A DNA stretch of 64,000 nucleotides from Callorhinchus milii (GCF_018977255.1 NW_024704743.1:80478001-80542000); one strand, 5' to 3'; shown: positions 25,781 to 37,099, numbered from the stretch's first letter. Notes: a model not told the origin generated them from the sequence alone. Numbers and translations are program-made.

Positions 25781-27139
25781 CAGCTATCAGTACATCTCTT
25801 CCTGTCTGTAATTATACATTCAGCTGTAGAGATAGAGAGATAGTTACAAATAGAACAGGAATCAATTCCCATATAATTTCCAATAACAATTTACTTTTAA
25901 CATGAAACGATTCACATCCACTTTTAACAATTAATTTAAACTGTAGTACATTGTCACAAGCTACTCTTAATCTCATCTACTTTAAATAGAATAACATTTC
26001 AGAGTAACACAGAACAATCATTCAAAAAGCATACTTTATTGGATTACCAATGGTTCGCAAAAAACATATACTCCTCTGTTATCAATGAGAGTCCCAGCAA
26101 ATGCAAAGGATTTTTCATGTGTCCGTGGCCATGGATGGTTAACGGTACAGACCACAGGACAATGGGTGCAAAGTCTTATTATATTAATGGAGTGAATTGC
26201 CCCTGAAGTCAAACCGAACAGCTCTCATTGCTTAAAATTTGGTGCCATGCATAAATTTTAATGGAAAATCAGTTCGAACTTTGAACCAATGCTTACTCTC
26301 ATCTGTTTTCCACATTAGTGGAATGGATAGACACAGATAGACACAATAGTCTCTGTTGTAGTCAGTTTGCGATTTCATCACTTAGGAAGGAAATGTTGTC
26401 CATCCATTAAAAATAGGAGAATGATATCCATGTGTTGGACTGTTACAATTTCTGTAAAATGTGACTGGCGTACAAGTCACAATGAATTACACATTGCTGC
26501 TTTTTGCAGAACAGTAGATAGATGGCAATGGATATGACTCAGGTGATATATGGCTGGGCATACCGAACAATCACTATAGTTGATAGCAATGACTGTACAA
26601 TGTTCGTGTGTCATTGCACTATAAAATGCAAGCACTTTCTTTCTAGATCCAGATCTTAAGTGTGAACAATTCAATGGCCCTTTTGATTAAATAAGTGTAT
26701 TACTTTTATACGACAATTCTGTCGACTATACCAAAATACGAGGAAGAGATTACCATATACAATATACTATTTTCAAATCACTTTTTTATAAAGAACATCC
26801 CTAACAATTTGTTTGATGATTGTGCAGAAAAAGTTCATTTCCCTCCAATGTTATTTCGAGATTAAGAATAAACTATTGCCAGTGTTACTATAAATTTTCT
26901 GTAGGAGCTTTTAGTCTAGTCTCTGAAGGTGCAACTCTCCAATTAGTTGAAAGAAATGATTGCTCCAGGCTTGTAAAGAACATTACAGAAACACAAAGCA
27001 ACATCATAAGTTTAAAAATAACTCTGTGTCAGAAACCACCACTTGTTATTCTTATATTTTATCTTCAGCTCATGAAAGGCCTGTAGAAGTTAGGTTACAG
27101 TTTAAATTCTGCTATGTTTCCAGCAGGGACAATGGAAAC

Positions 27140-27365
27140 AATAATATATACCAGTTACAAAACACAGCATCATTTTCAGCAAAATGCAAAACAGATATTT
27201 TGCCAGGACAGCGGGGGAAACTCCATCTCTTTTCAAATAGCGTTTTGGGATCTTTAATATCCACCTAAACAGAGTCGGGGCCTCAGTTTAAAACCTCACT
27301 TGAAAGATGATATCTCATGTAATGCAGCACTACCCCAGTACTGTATTAAAGTGGCAGCTTTAATG
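27140..27365 (-). mobile_element. SacSINE1-like SINE fragment
   Basis: Reverse complement of CAGTACTGGGGTAGTGCTGCATT..GAGGCCCCGAC..GGTGGATATTAAAGATCCC. Confidence 0.75.
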
Positions 27366-27417
27366 CCAGAATACACAGTACTCCTCTCTCACCCCAACTT
27401 CTGAAGAATGGTTTCAC

Positions 27418-27805
27418 TGAGGGTGAGGGGTGATCCGATTGAGGAATTTTAAAATCATAAAGAGATTCAATAGGGTAGATATAAAGAAACTATTTCCTCT
27501 GGTGGGGAAACTAGAACAAGAGGGCATAATCCTAAAATTAGAGCTAGGCCATTTAGGAGTCAAATTAGGTGGCAATTGTTCATCCAAAGGGTAGTGGAAA
27601 TCTGGAACTCTCTCCCCAAAAGGCTGTGGATGCTGGATCCATTTAAATCTTCAAGATTGAGGTGAATAGTTATTTGTTAGGTCAGGGTATTAAGGGATAT
27701 GGGACAAGGCAAGTAATTGGAGTTGAGGTACAGATTAGCCTGATCTTATAGAATGGTGGAACAGGCTCGAGGGGTTGAATGTCTTACTACTGTTTCTGTG
27801 TTTCA
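27418..27805 (+). mobile_element. CR1 LINE 3' end
   Basis: RGDPIE, RTRGHNPKIRARPFRS, QRVVEIWNSLP, FKIEVNSYL; 3'UTR GAATGGTGGAACAGGCTCGAGGGG; similar to 41264-41548. Confidence 0.92.
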
Positions 27806-29061
27806 GAACTGAATTATCACAAGTTTGAATATTTGAATCTGAGTTACTAGAATGGCTTTTTAGCTGCAATTATTTACTTGAAAGTTTGGTCACCCTCTGG
27901 CAAAAAAAACACGCTTGCCCAAGCTTAATTCAAAAACTGTTTGATCGATCAAGGGAATGCAGGTTTCACTCTTCTTCAACAAAACAACAACAGCAACTCT
28001 TCTTCACCAGATTGTGGTCTTGAAACAACTTCAAAGTAAGGAATTTAAGTTAAAACGTTGATGTTATGGCAAATATTTATTTTTTTAAGTTAAAAAGCTG
28101 TTTGCTGACATAACACCCAGTCAATCCACTTTACAGTATATTTAGTTATGTAGCCCAGCATCCTATTTGCCTTTTTTGGTGCCACAATAACTAATGACAT
28201 TAGCATATTCCATAATCCTCCGCACCCAATAACCTTTTCACCATATTTTTAGTCAAATTCCTTAAGATTCTCATTAGTCGTCTAAGAACTCTTTATTATA
28301 TACATGAAAACCCCGCTGGCAAAACTAATGCGGGGGAAATCCAGTCTGGTGAGCCAGAATTTCTGGCTACTGGTAATTACAATTGCAGTACTGGCATTTA
28401 CTGTCTTTTTTCAGCACCAGCACTTTTGCGATTTCATTTACTGCCTTGAAATACATTCAAATCAGAGATAACATAGACCTGCGTGTGAAGAAAATATAAT
28501 CACAATAATAATGAAAGTTTCTGATCAAGCACTTTTATCACTTACTGTACTGGAAAATAGATATTTGTTCAAGAAAGCATTCCAAGTTAAGCTTTACGTT
28601 TAAGCATATCTCCCATGATATTAAAAATGCTATGCTCATTCCCATATTGAAATATGTTCTGGTGTATACGTATTGAACCAAGTAGTGACAAATCTTATCA
28701 TAGCTCTTTAACTCAGAGTTCTGTCCCACATTCTACTTTGTACTCTATTCCCTGACTCCTCATTGAATGTTCTGCCTTAATCATTCAAGTTTGATAGTCT
28801 TTTTAAAAGTAATTTAAATTATTTTTCAATCCACCTAAAAAGAGCACTATTGCAAAGATAGAAGGGCTCCATCACAGTATGCCAGAAGGGATTGGCTTTA
28901 ATTATAGTTTTCATTCATTTTCCATCTGACAATTCTAGTACAAATGGTTGTCTCATTTCAAGTGTTTTTTTTCCCTCTTCAATTTTCACCCTTCCTCTCC
29001 CAAATGTACTGACTTACTGGAAACAATTTTCACCCTTCCTCCCACCTCTTCTCTAGATGAC

Positions 29062-29150
29062 TGTGGGTACATTAGCCTGCCTCACATAAGTTGTTGGTGC
29101 TCATATATGAATATGGACAATAAGTGCTGTCAGCCTATTCAGCCAGCCAG
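29062..29150 (-). mobile_element. AmnSINE2-like fragment
   Basis: Minus strand GGCTGAATAGGCTGACAGCACTTATTGTC..TCATATATGAG resembles the recalled AmnSINE2 3' body. Confidence 0.4.
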
Positions 29151-29938
29151 CCATCCTCTGGTGCCATTCCAGCTGAGCCCAAAATCTATTCCCACATCCA
29201 GTTTCTTTCCTCTCACCTTCTTTCCCTTGTCCTGTGCTACTTGTCCCGAATCTCCTCATTAATTTTGTCTCTGTCTCTTTTCTGACTGAGTCAGTATGAA
29301 ATCCACTTAGACTCTTCAAAACATATTTTTAGAAAGGTCATCCTCTACCTCTGCTTTCTCCCATTACAACCTCTCAAAATAAATAACCTCCTTAACTGCT
29401 GGCAAAGTTCAAGCTGCTATGATTATAATACTTTGAATGAGAATCATTTGTTTCCTCTCAACCCCAAAGCATTTTTATCATGAAACAAAGCATTAACAAA
29501 ATCTGACAGAGCATAAACATAGTAAAACAAAACCACAACATTTTCAGGCTGTTACATTGCATTAATACAGTGACACACTGTGGTCAAAAGAGTGCTTCTC
29601 AGGAAAGCAGTAGCAATATAGGCAACTTACTGCCAGAAAGTGCAACCAGTGGAGTCATATGTATCTCCAGCAAAGAACCCCATGAGGATCTTGCTGCCTC
29701 ACAAAATTTCAACTCCTTTTGATCTTGGGTCAAAGTTGAGGTCTCACAGGTTGATGTGGTGTTACTGCGAGGCAATTTCCCTGGCTGTTTCATTCCATTC
29801 AAGTCCACTGAGACTCGTTGAAGAATATTCACTTTTCAAAAGTTATTATGTATCAGGACCAAACTCCTGGCTACATACATTGTTCCCATATTGTACAATT
29901 AATACTTTAACCACTCTGAGAAACAGTTCTTGCGTAAT

Positions 29939-30290
29939 CAGTCGGGGAGCGGCAGCAGGACAGCGCGGGGAGGAGCCTGGGCCTACTGACCCAGGTACTT
30001 AAACTCGACGCCGGAGCGAGTGCAGCCAGTCGGGGAGCGGCAGCAGGACAGCGCGGGGAGGAGCCTGGGCCTACTGACCCAGGTACTTAAACTCGACGCC
30101 GGAGCGAGTGCAGCCAGTCGGGGAGCGGCAGCAGGACAGCGCGGGGAGGAGCCTGGGCCTACTGACCCAGGTACTTAAACTCGACGCCGGAGCGAGTGCA
30201 GCCAGTCGGGGAGCGGCAGCAGGACAGCGCGGGGAGGAGCCTGGGCCTACCGACCCAGGTACTTAAACTCGACGCCGGAGCGAGTGCAGC
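29939..30290 (+). repeat. Four tandem 88-bp CpG-rich monomers at the L2 5' end
   Basis: Units start at 29939, 30027, 30115 and 30203; units 1-3 are identical, unit 4 differs by one T>C at 30251. Confidence 0.98.
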
Positions 30291-30360
30291 TAGGGAGGGG
30301 GAGGGAGGGGGTGGTCTGGAGGCGGAGCGGGGAACTGCGACGTCATAGATTAGTTTTCAG
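29939..30360 (+). promoter_or_regulatory. Putative Pol II promoter region of the L2
   Basis: Per monomer: GCGGGGAGGAG GC-box-like motif, TACTTAAA TATA-like motif, CCAGT Inr-like motif; then G-rich 30293-30311, GGCGGAG and CRE-like GACGTCA at 30339-30345. Confidence 0.55.
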
Positions 30361-30437
30361 GTGAGTGCGCGCGCACAAAAAAAAAAAAAACAAAAAAAAA
30401 AAAAAAAAAAAAAACCCTCTGCGCCCCCCCCCCCCAG
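30361..30437 (+). other. Putative 77-nt GT-AG intron containing an A14-C-A23 tract in the L2 5' leader
   Basis: CAG/GTGAGT donor at 30360/30361; pyrimidine tract CCCTCTGCG-C12 then AG/G acceptor at 30437/30438. Confidence 0.45.
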
Positions 30438-30540
30438 GGCTCACATCAGAGCCCACTATGGTCCTGTTGGGTTCGATGCCCCAATCTGCGGGATAATGCC
30501 ATCCACCTGACCGCTCGCTCCCGGTCCCCGCGTGCGCACT

Positions 30541-33500
30541 ATGGCTGCCGCTTTGACCCGAGCCCCCTCACCCCCTCCCTCCCTCCCCCCTCCTCTCTCC
30601 CCCCAAACCCTCCCCCCTCTGCATCTCTCCCGCTCTCTCCTCCTCTCTCTCCGTCCCTCTCGTCTTCTATCCCCACTTGACCCTCCCACAACCTCCCTCT
30701 GTTCCAGTCTGGGAATCCTCCGCCGGGCTCACCGTGGCACTCGGCGTTGGCTGTCCAGCAGCAGCCACACCGACTGCCCCATTCCCCACCACTCTCGCCA
30801 GCCACCCCGGACACAGACCCGGGGAGTCAACCTCTCCTCCCTCATCCCCATCTCCCCCACCCCTGCCTCACAACCTGGACCCCCCTCCCCTCCCACACAC
30901 CCTTCTGTCAACCGCTCCCTCCACATCGGACTGCAAAATGTCCGCTCCCTCTGCAACAAGGCCCTGGTCATCAACGATCTCATCCTTGATGAGAACGTTG
31001 ATATCATGGCCTTGACAGAAACGTGGCTCACCCCAGGCGACACCTTCCCCCTCACGGAGGCCACGCCACCCGGCTACACCTCCCACCACATCCCCCGCCC
31101 CAACCGCCGTGGCGGTGGTGTTGCCCTTATCTCAAGGACACCACTTGCCCTATCCCCCTACTCCACTGGCTCTTTCCCCTCCTTCGAGCACCTCACCCTC
31201 TCCCACCCCTCATTCCTCTCCCTTAAAATCCTCCTCCTCTACCGGCCCCCTAAAACCTCTCCCACCTTCATCTCTGACATTTCAACACTCCTCACATCTC
31301 TTTGCCTCTGCTCCGATCGCCTCATCATCCTGGGCGACTTTAACCTACACTTCACCCCCTCCTGCTCCATCTCCACAGACTTCTCTTCCCTGCTCTCCTC
31401 ACTCAACCTTTCCCTACACATAAACTCCCCCACTCACAGTCACGGCCACCCACTCGATTTGGTGATCACCCGGGGCCTCAGTGTCTCGGATGTCACTATT
31501 ACCGACAAGGCCATCTCCGACCACTACTTCATCTCCTTCACCACCTCCACCCCCTCCCCACCTCCACCAGACCCACCACCATCTTCTACCGCCCTTGGAA
31601 GAAGTTACCCCCACAATCCCTAACCGATGCCTTGGAGTCCTCTGAACTCCTCTCCCTCTGGCCTTCAACCCTCACCGACCCCTCTTCTCCTCTCTCCCTC
31701 CTCCACAATATCCTCTCCTCCACACTCGATACTCTTGCCCCCATCACTTCCCGCACTGTCTCCTACTCCCGCTCCTCCCCCTGGTACACCACCCACCTCC
31801 GCTCACTGAAATGCCAGGTGCGGGCTGCTGAGCGCACCTTTGTCAAATCCGGCTTAACGGTCCACCGACAAATCTGGCTGGACCTCCTCAAAATTTACCG
31901 CTCCACTCTAGCCTCGGCCAAGTCGTCCTTCTACTCCAGGATAATCCTGGAGGCGAAGAACAACCCCAGGCTACTGTTTTCCACCACATCCCGACTCCTC
32001 CGTCCCCCCCGCCACCCCGCGCAGGTCATCTCCTCCAACCTTCACTGCGAGGAGATGCTGGATTTCCTTGAATCCAAGATCAAGGGAATCCGCTCCGCGG
32101 TCACTTCCCCTCCAACTTCCACCCACCACCCACCCCTTCCCTCCCACACTCCGACTCCTACCCATCCTCCCCTACACACCTTCGTACCCGTTTCCCCACC
32201 CTCTGTCACTGAACTCATCCTATCCCTAAAACCAACCACCTGCTCCCTTGACCCCATCCCCACTCCACTCCTTATCTCCCAGCTCCATTTTCTTGCCCCA
32301 CACATCACTGACATCATAAACCTGTCCCTCTCCTCTGGCTCTGTCCCCATTCCATTAAAAACTGCCATCATCACGCCCACCCTGAAAAAACCCTCCCTTG
32401 ATGCGTCGCAGCTATCAAGCTACCGGCCCATCTCCAACCTCCCCTTTCTCTCCAAGGTCTTGGAAAGAGTTGTCGCCTCCCAACTGCGCTCTTTCCTCTC
32501 CACCCATTCTCTTTTTGAACCCCTTCAGTCAGGTTTCCGTGCTGCTCATAGCACAGAAACTGCCCTGGTCAAGGTCACCAATGATATCCTGACCATCTGT
32601 GACCAGGGCTCCCTCTGTCTCCTCGTCCTCCTCGACCTATCGGCAGCATTCGATACGGTCGACCACACTATCCTACTCCACCGCTTGTCCTCCCACCTCA
32701 ACCTTCAAGGCACTGTCCTTGAATGGTTTAGGTCGTACCTTTCTCACCGTCTTCACTTCGTCTCAACGAATGGCTTCTCCTCCACCCCCCGTACTGTCTC
32801 ATGTGGTGTCCCTCAGGGCTCTGTCCTCGGTCCCCTCCTCTTCACCCTCTATATGCTCCCCCTTGGTGACATCATCCGCAAACATGGGGTTAACTTCCAC
32901 ATGTATGCGGATGACACCCAACTCTACCTTTCCTCCTCTACTCTCAACTCCACGACCACCGATGTCCTGACAGCCTGCCTGTCCGACATCGAGTCCTGGA
33001 CGAGAGACAACTTTCTTCAGCTCAACGTGCAAAAAACCGAGGCCCTCCTGATTGGCTCACGTCAGCGCCTCCGCACCTCAGGCGCTGACACCATCAGCAT
33101 CCAAGGCTGCACTCTCCACCTCTCAAAGCCAGTCAGGAACCTCGGCGTTTTGTTCGACCCTGAGCTGTCCTTTCTCCCTCACATCCGCACCACAACTGGC
33201 ACCGCCTTCCATCACCTCCGGAATATCGCCAGATTACGGCACTACCTCACCCCTCACGCTGCTGAAACCCTGGTTCACGCCTTTGTCACCTCAAGGCTGG
33301 ACTATGGGAACTCTCTCCTCGCCGGCCTTCCCGCCACCTCCCTCCACAAGCTGCAGGTCATTCAGAACTCTGCAGCTCGTGTACTGTCCCGCACCAGGCT
33401 TCGGGACCACATCACTCCCACCCTCGCTCGCCTCCACTGGCTCCCCATCCCCCAGAGGATTGATTTCAAGATCCTCATCCTCACCTACAAGGCCATTCAC

Positions 33501-33800
33501 GGCCTTGCTCCCTCCTACCTCTCCAACCTACTATCCCCCTACCTACCTGCCCGTACCCTCCGTTCCTCTGGCTCCGGTCTGCTCCACGTCCCCCGCCCCA
33601 ACCGCCCTACTATCGGTGGTCGGGCCTTCAGCCTCTCAGCCCCGAGGCTCTGGAACTCCATCCCCCAGTGCCTTCGCCTTGCTTCCTCCCTTTCCTCCTT
33701 CAAGGCCGGTCTCAAAACCTTTCTCTTTGACCGTGCCTTCAGCTCCCCTCTCGACTCTCTTCCTCCTCCTCGCTCCCTCCCTTCCCTCCCCTCACCCTGA
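30541..33800 (+). CDS. L2 APE-endonuclease/reverse transcriptase polyprotein, interrupted by one frameshift near 31525-31585
   Basis: EN motifs QNVRSL, LTETWL, RGGGVA, LYRPP, LGDFN, LDLV, SDHY (ORF 30532-31623); RT motifs [39 protein letters not shown] (ORF 31632-33800); ATG at 30541 in strong Kozak context. Confidence 0.93.
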
Positions 33801-33855
33801 CCATTTCCCCCTCCTCTCTCCCTCCCTTCCCTCCCCTCACCCTGACCATTTCCCC
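33766..33855 (+). repeat. Tandem duplication (2 x about 45 bp) spanning the ORF stop and 3'UTR
   Basis: CTCCCTCCCTTCCCTCCCCTCACCCTGACCATTTCCCCC occurs twice with period 45. Confidence 0.92.
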
Positions 33856-33882
33856 CCTGCTCGGGTCATGACCCAACTGTGC

Positions 33883-33953
33883 AGCGCCTTGGGACGTCCT
33901 CCTGACGTGAAAGGCGCTCTATAAATGGAATCTTGTTGTTGTTGTTGTTGTTG
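33883..33953 (+). promoter_or_regulatory. L2 3' recognition stem-loop and (TTG)n terminal repeat
   Basis: AGCGCCTT/AAGGCGCT and ACGTC/GACGT stems; L2-clade RTs (eel UnaL2 paradigm) recognise a 3' stem-loop plus a short terminal repeat. Confidence 0.85.
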
Positions 33954-36340
33954 TAATAGGCAGTATATAAATGTAAATTGTATTGAGTTAACTTAGAAAA
34001 TAATAGTTTCTGTTTGTCAATCTATCAGAGGATATACATTCCAGTGATTAATCATGATTTGATGTTGAGAGAATATTTGCTCTAGTTTGTTGACCCATTT
34101 CCTGTGCTAATTATCATAGGGAATGGTTTACGAAAGTATTGCAAAGTTTACCCCTGCTTTTACTCCTGTTTTTACCTTTCCTTTCCACACTGACTTCTTT
34201 CTAGTTACCACCCAGTATTTGCTTTGTCACTAGGATTTGGAGTGGTTGACATTTGATCTTGATTGTGCAGTTTTATTTTGCAACCTCATTTCCCCAAGTG
34301 CCCTGGTAATGATTATGATAGAATGACACAGCTGAATATTATCCCTTAGTAGGTGAATACAGAGCTGACTATAGTCTAAAATGTTGTGAATTTCTACGAA
34401 TAGTGATACCATCCAAAAGACTTGAATGGTTGTCATGGAGAATGATGCAAAGACGGTGAAATCTGCAAAGAAAGAAGGTTACATTAACATGTTTTGCTGT
34501 AGACGTAGGCTGCATCTTGCCGTGCTTTAAAACTGTGTAGAAAATCAAGAACCAGCAGCTCACTTGGTTGCCATTGCCGTAGAAAGTATAATCATTACCC
34601 ACACAGTCAGTGACAGCCCTGGAGCAGCTCAAACAGTTTCAAAGGAGAATGAGCTGTCACACAACAGCATCTGATGGAGGGCATTACAACAAGATTGAAT
34701 TCCACCTCGTTCGTGCTGCATACAGCACATAGTGAATCGAAAACACCCCATCCATTCCATGACAGCACAATACCCATTCACATACAATTGATGAACTGTA
34801 ATGGAAGTGGAACTTGTCAATCTGCTGAGGCTTTTTTGCAAAAAGCTTTTTGTGCAATGAGTGATAACTGAGCCTCCCTCAGTGAACTCATGTCAGTTGA
34901 CATGGTATTCTGATTTATGATAGATTTAAAACTGACCATAGCCTTGCTGAGAAGATAGTTATTCCGAGAATGTTTCATTTAGGAATTGTTGAAAGGCTTC
35001 TATCTTAAAGAACAGAAATATGTCTAAAGTGTTTTTATTATCCTTCATTTCAAGGTCTCTGCCCTGCTAGTTGTAGTATCTATTATAAAATAATGAAGAA
35101 TCCAATTTTGATGGGTGAATGCATCTTTTTCTCTGCTGCCAATCCTATTTATAAGATCAGGTCACCAAGGTTAGTAAAATCACTGACTGCCAAAATAACC
35201 AGTTGTTCTTGCCTGCCAAGGCTACTACATTTACAGACAATCAGAGTTATATAGTAACAATTTCAGGCAGAAGTAAACATTTAGTCCACTTACACTACCC
35301 TTTCCCACAAGTTTCTGTCCAAATCTCTAAATCTAACAGCACTGAATCATATTAGATAGTACTGAAGGAACTTCTCATTATGAAACCCTTTGCAGTTTCT
35401 TTTTTTATCAATCTCTGTTATTCTTTCACTAAAAAAATGTTTTGGTTTCCTATTCTCTGTTATAATGCTGACTTGAAAATATGAGCCCTCATTGTTTAAT
35501 ATTGAGCAGTACAGACCATTTTTTCTCAATGTAAATTTTCCAAACTCTTTGTAATCTTAAATAATTTACCAATTGTTCAAGAGGGAAAAGTTTAATTTTA
35601 GCTAACCTTCCCTCACAGCTGTGTCCCTTAAAATTTGGGAGACTCACTGCCTATTTCCTGTAGATCCAAATAAGTGAAGATAATCTAGGTATGAAAGTAC
35701 TAATAGGACAAATGGTCATGGTCAGCATGCTTGACTCCCACAAGATTGTTCTTGCCACAATGGTGTCCATTGTAAGACTAACAAATGGAATGCAGCAAAG
35801 ACTGCTAACAACATTAAGCTCCTTTCACTTAAAGTTAAAGGTCCAAATTCAGAGCTCAAATTCATGTGGGAAAATAAGAATCTCTTAGAGGATTTAGGTT
35901 TAAAATTGCAAAAGAACAATTTCAGAACAGACACCAGAGAGTAATTAACAACTGGAACAGATTGCATAAGGTGGATATTCTGGATGAATGGGATCAAACG
36001 GGTCAAAGGGTCTTCTTCATCCAAGCCACGTGTGTGTTGTTGAAATCCATATTCATGATAAAATATATTGTCCTCCAGAAAATCTAGAGGTAACAGAAAA
36101 ATTAAATGCATCTGGCAAAAATAGTTTAACGGCGATCAAGGGGGCCAATGAGATGAATAGGTTAAATGCTACCAATCGAGGAGGGAAGCAGAATATGATG
36201 CACCTAGCTGGGGAACTCCAGCACCAAGAAGGAAAATAGTGAATGTCACAGTTAAGAACACAATAATCTAGGAGTGAAAATTTGACATGTGATATGGTAA
36301 TTATCACCAATAACTCACCAGTCACATATTTCCCTTCACA

Positions 36341-36580
36341 TGGGAGAAATTCCACCTGGTTCTAGTTTTACTCGATTTTCTTAGCTTTTCAGTGTCCAGA
36401 ATTTGACAAATTGTTGAATGCAATCTGAACTTCACAGCCAGTTTTCTGCAGTTCTTAAAGGAAGTTACAGAAGACCAGCCTCAAAATTAAAACTGTATTT
36501 AAGAATTTGCCAAATTCTGAACACTATGAAATGTTATAAAAACTGTGTAAATCTAGACCCAGTTGGAGTTTCTATCCCCA
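36341..36580. mobile_element. Palindromic MITE (unclassified TIR element)
   Basis: Ends GGGAGAAATTCCACCTGGTTCTAG and CTAGACCCAGTTGGAGTTTCTATCCCC; internal arms CAGAATTTGACAAATT and AATTTGCCAAATTCTG. Confidence 0.75.
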
Positions 36581-37099
36581 TTTCTCACAGTTTTCATCAA
36601 ATATTTGTATCAGTCATTTCCTGGGGGGAAACAGCTGCTTGTAATATAGTTAGGGGGTGTAATTCCCTTGTAGCATCCAGTAAAGTAAAATCTGGCATCA
36701 CCAGAGTTGTGTGGATTGTATGATTCAATTGCTGGAACCTGATGTCATGATCTTAAAAACAAACACTGCAAGACTAGAAAGCAAAACAACATTCAACATT
36801 ACAAGATGTTTGGATAAAGAAGGCCTTTTTGATCTTATCCTCCCAGAAGTCCCACCCTCCCATCCTCCCATCACAGCGTTGAGGTGCTTTTTTAAATGAG
36901 ATCACTATCCTGGCCTCAACCACCCTTCCTAACAACCTGTTGCGTTGTTAATTATCTTCTGGGTAAAAAATACATGATAGTTTGTATACAACAGCATGAA
37001 TTGTTGTTATACATCTCCGAGTTCAAGTGATCAATAAAACACTCCAACTCTTTTATTGCAATTTCAATCATAAAAATATAAAAAAGCTTAGAGCAAGAA

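Larger units (their letters stand above)
29939..33953 (+). mobile_element. Young, apparently full-length single-ORF L2 (LINE2) non-LTR retrotransposon, about 4.0 kb
   Basis: 5' monomer array, EN-RT coding region, 3' stem-loop and (TTG)n tail; probable TSD GTAAT (29934-29938 and 33953-33957); CpG-rich with little decay. Confidence 0.95.

Noticed and set aside
29599..30002. ORFs upstream of the L2 as a possible ORF1
   Set aside because: They lie mostly outside the TSD-defined element, use non-ATG starts and show no esterase, RRM or zinc-knuckle motifs.
29939..30290. 88-bp array as a CRISPR array or ribozyme (HDV-like or hammerhead) multimer
   Set aside because: The units are head-to-tail with no unique spacers and there are no cas genes. 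I found no CTGANGA/GAAA core and could not build an HDV-like nested pseudoknot by eye, only local hairpins (CCTGGG/CCCAGG, CTCG/CGAG). A descriptor search would be needed to exclude a ribozyme fully.
30459..30484. Pol III B-box-like GGTTCGATGCC in the L2 leader
   Set aside because: No properly spaced A box or tRNA fold.
33052..33924. 290-aa overlapping ORF, plus other alternative-frame and antisense ORFs in L2 copies (e.g. 49441-50118)
   Set aside because: Ser/Pro-rich shadow frames are expected from C-rich, stop-poor L2 coding sequence; non-ATG start and no domain motifs.
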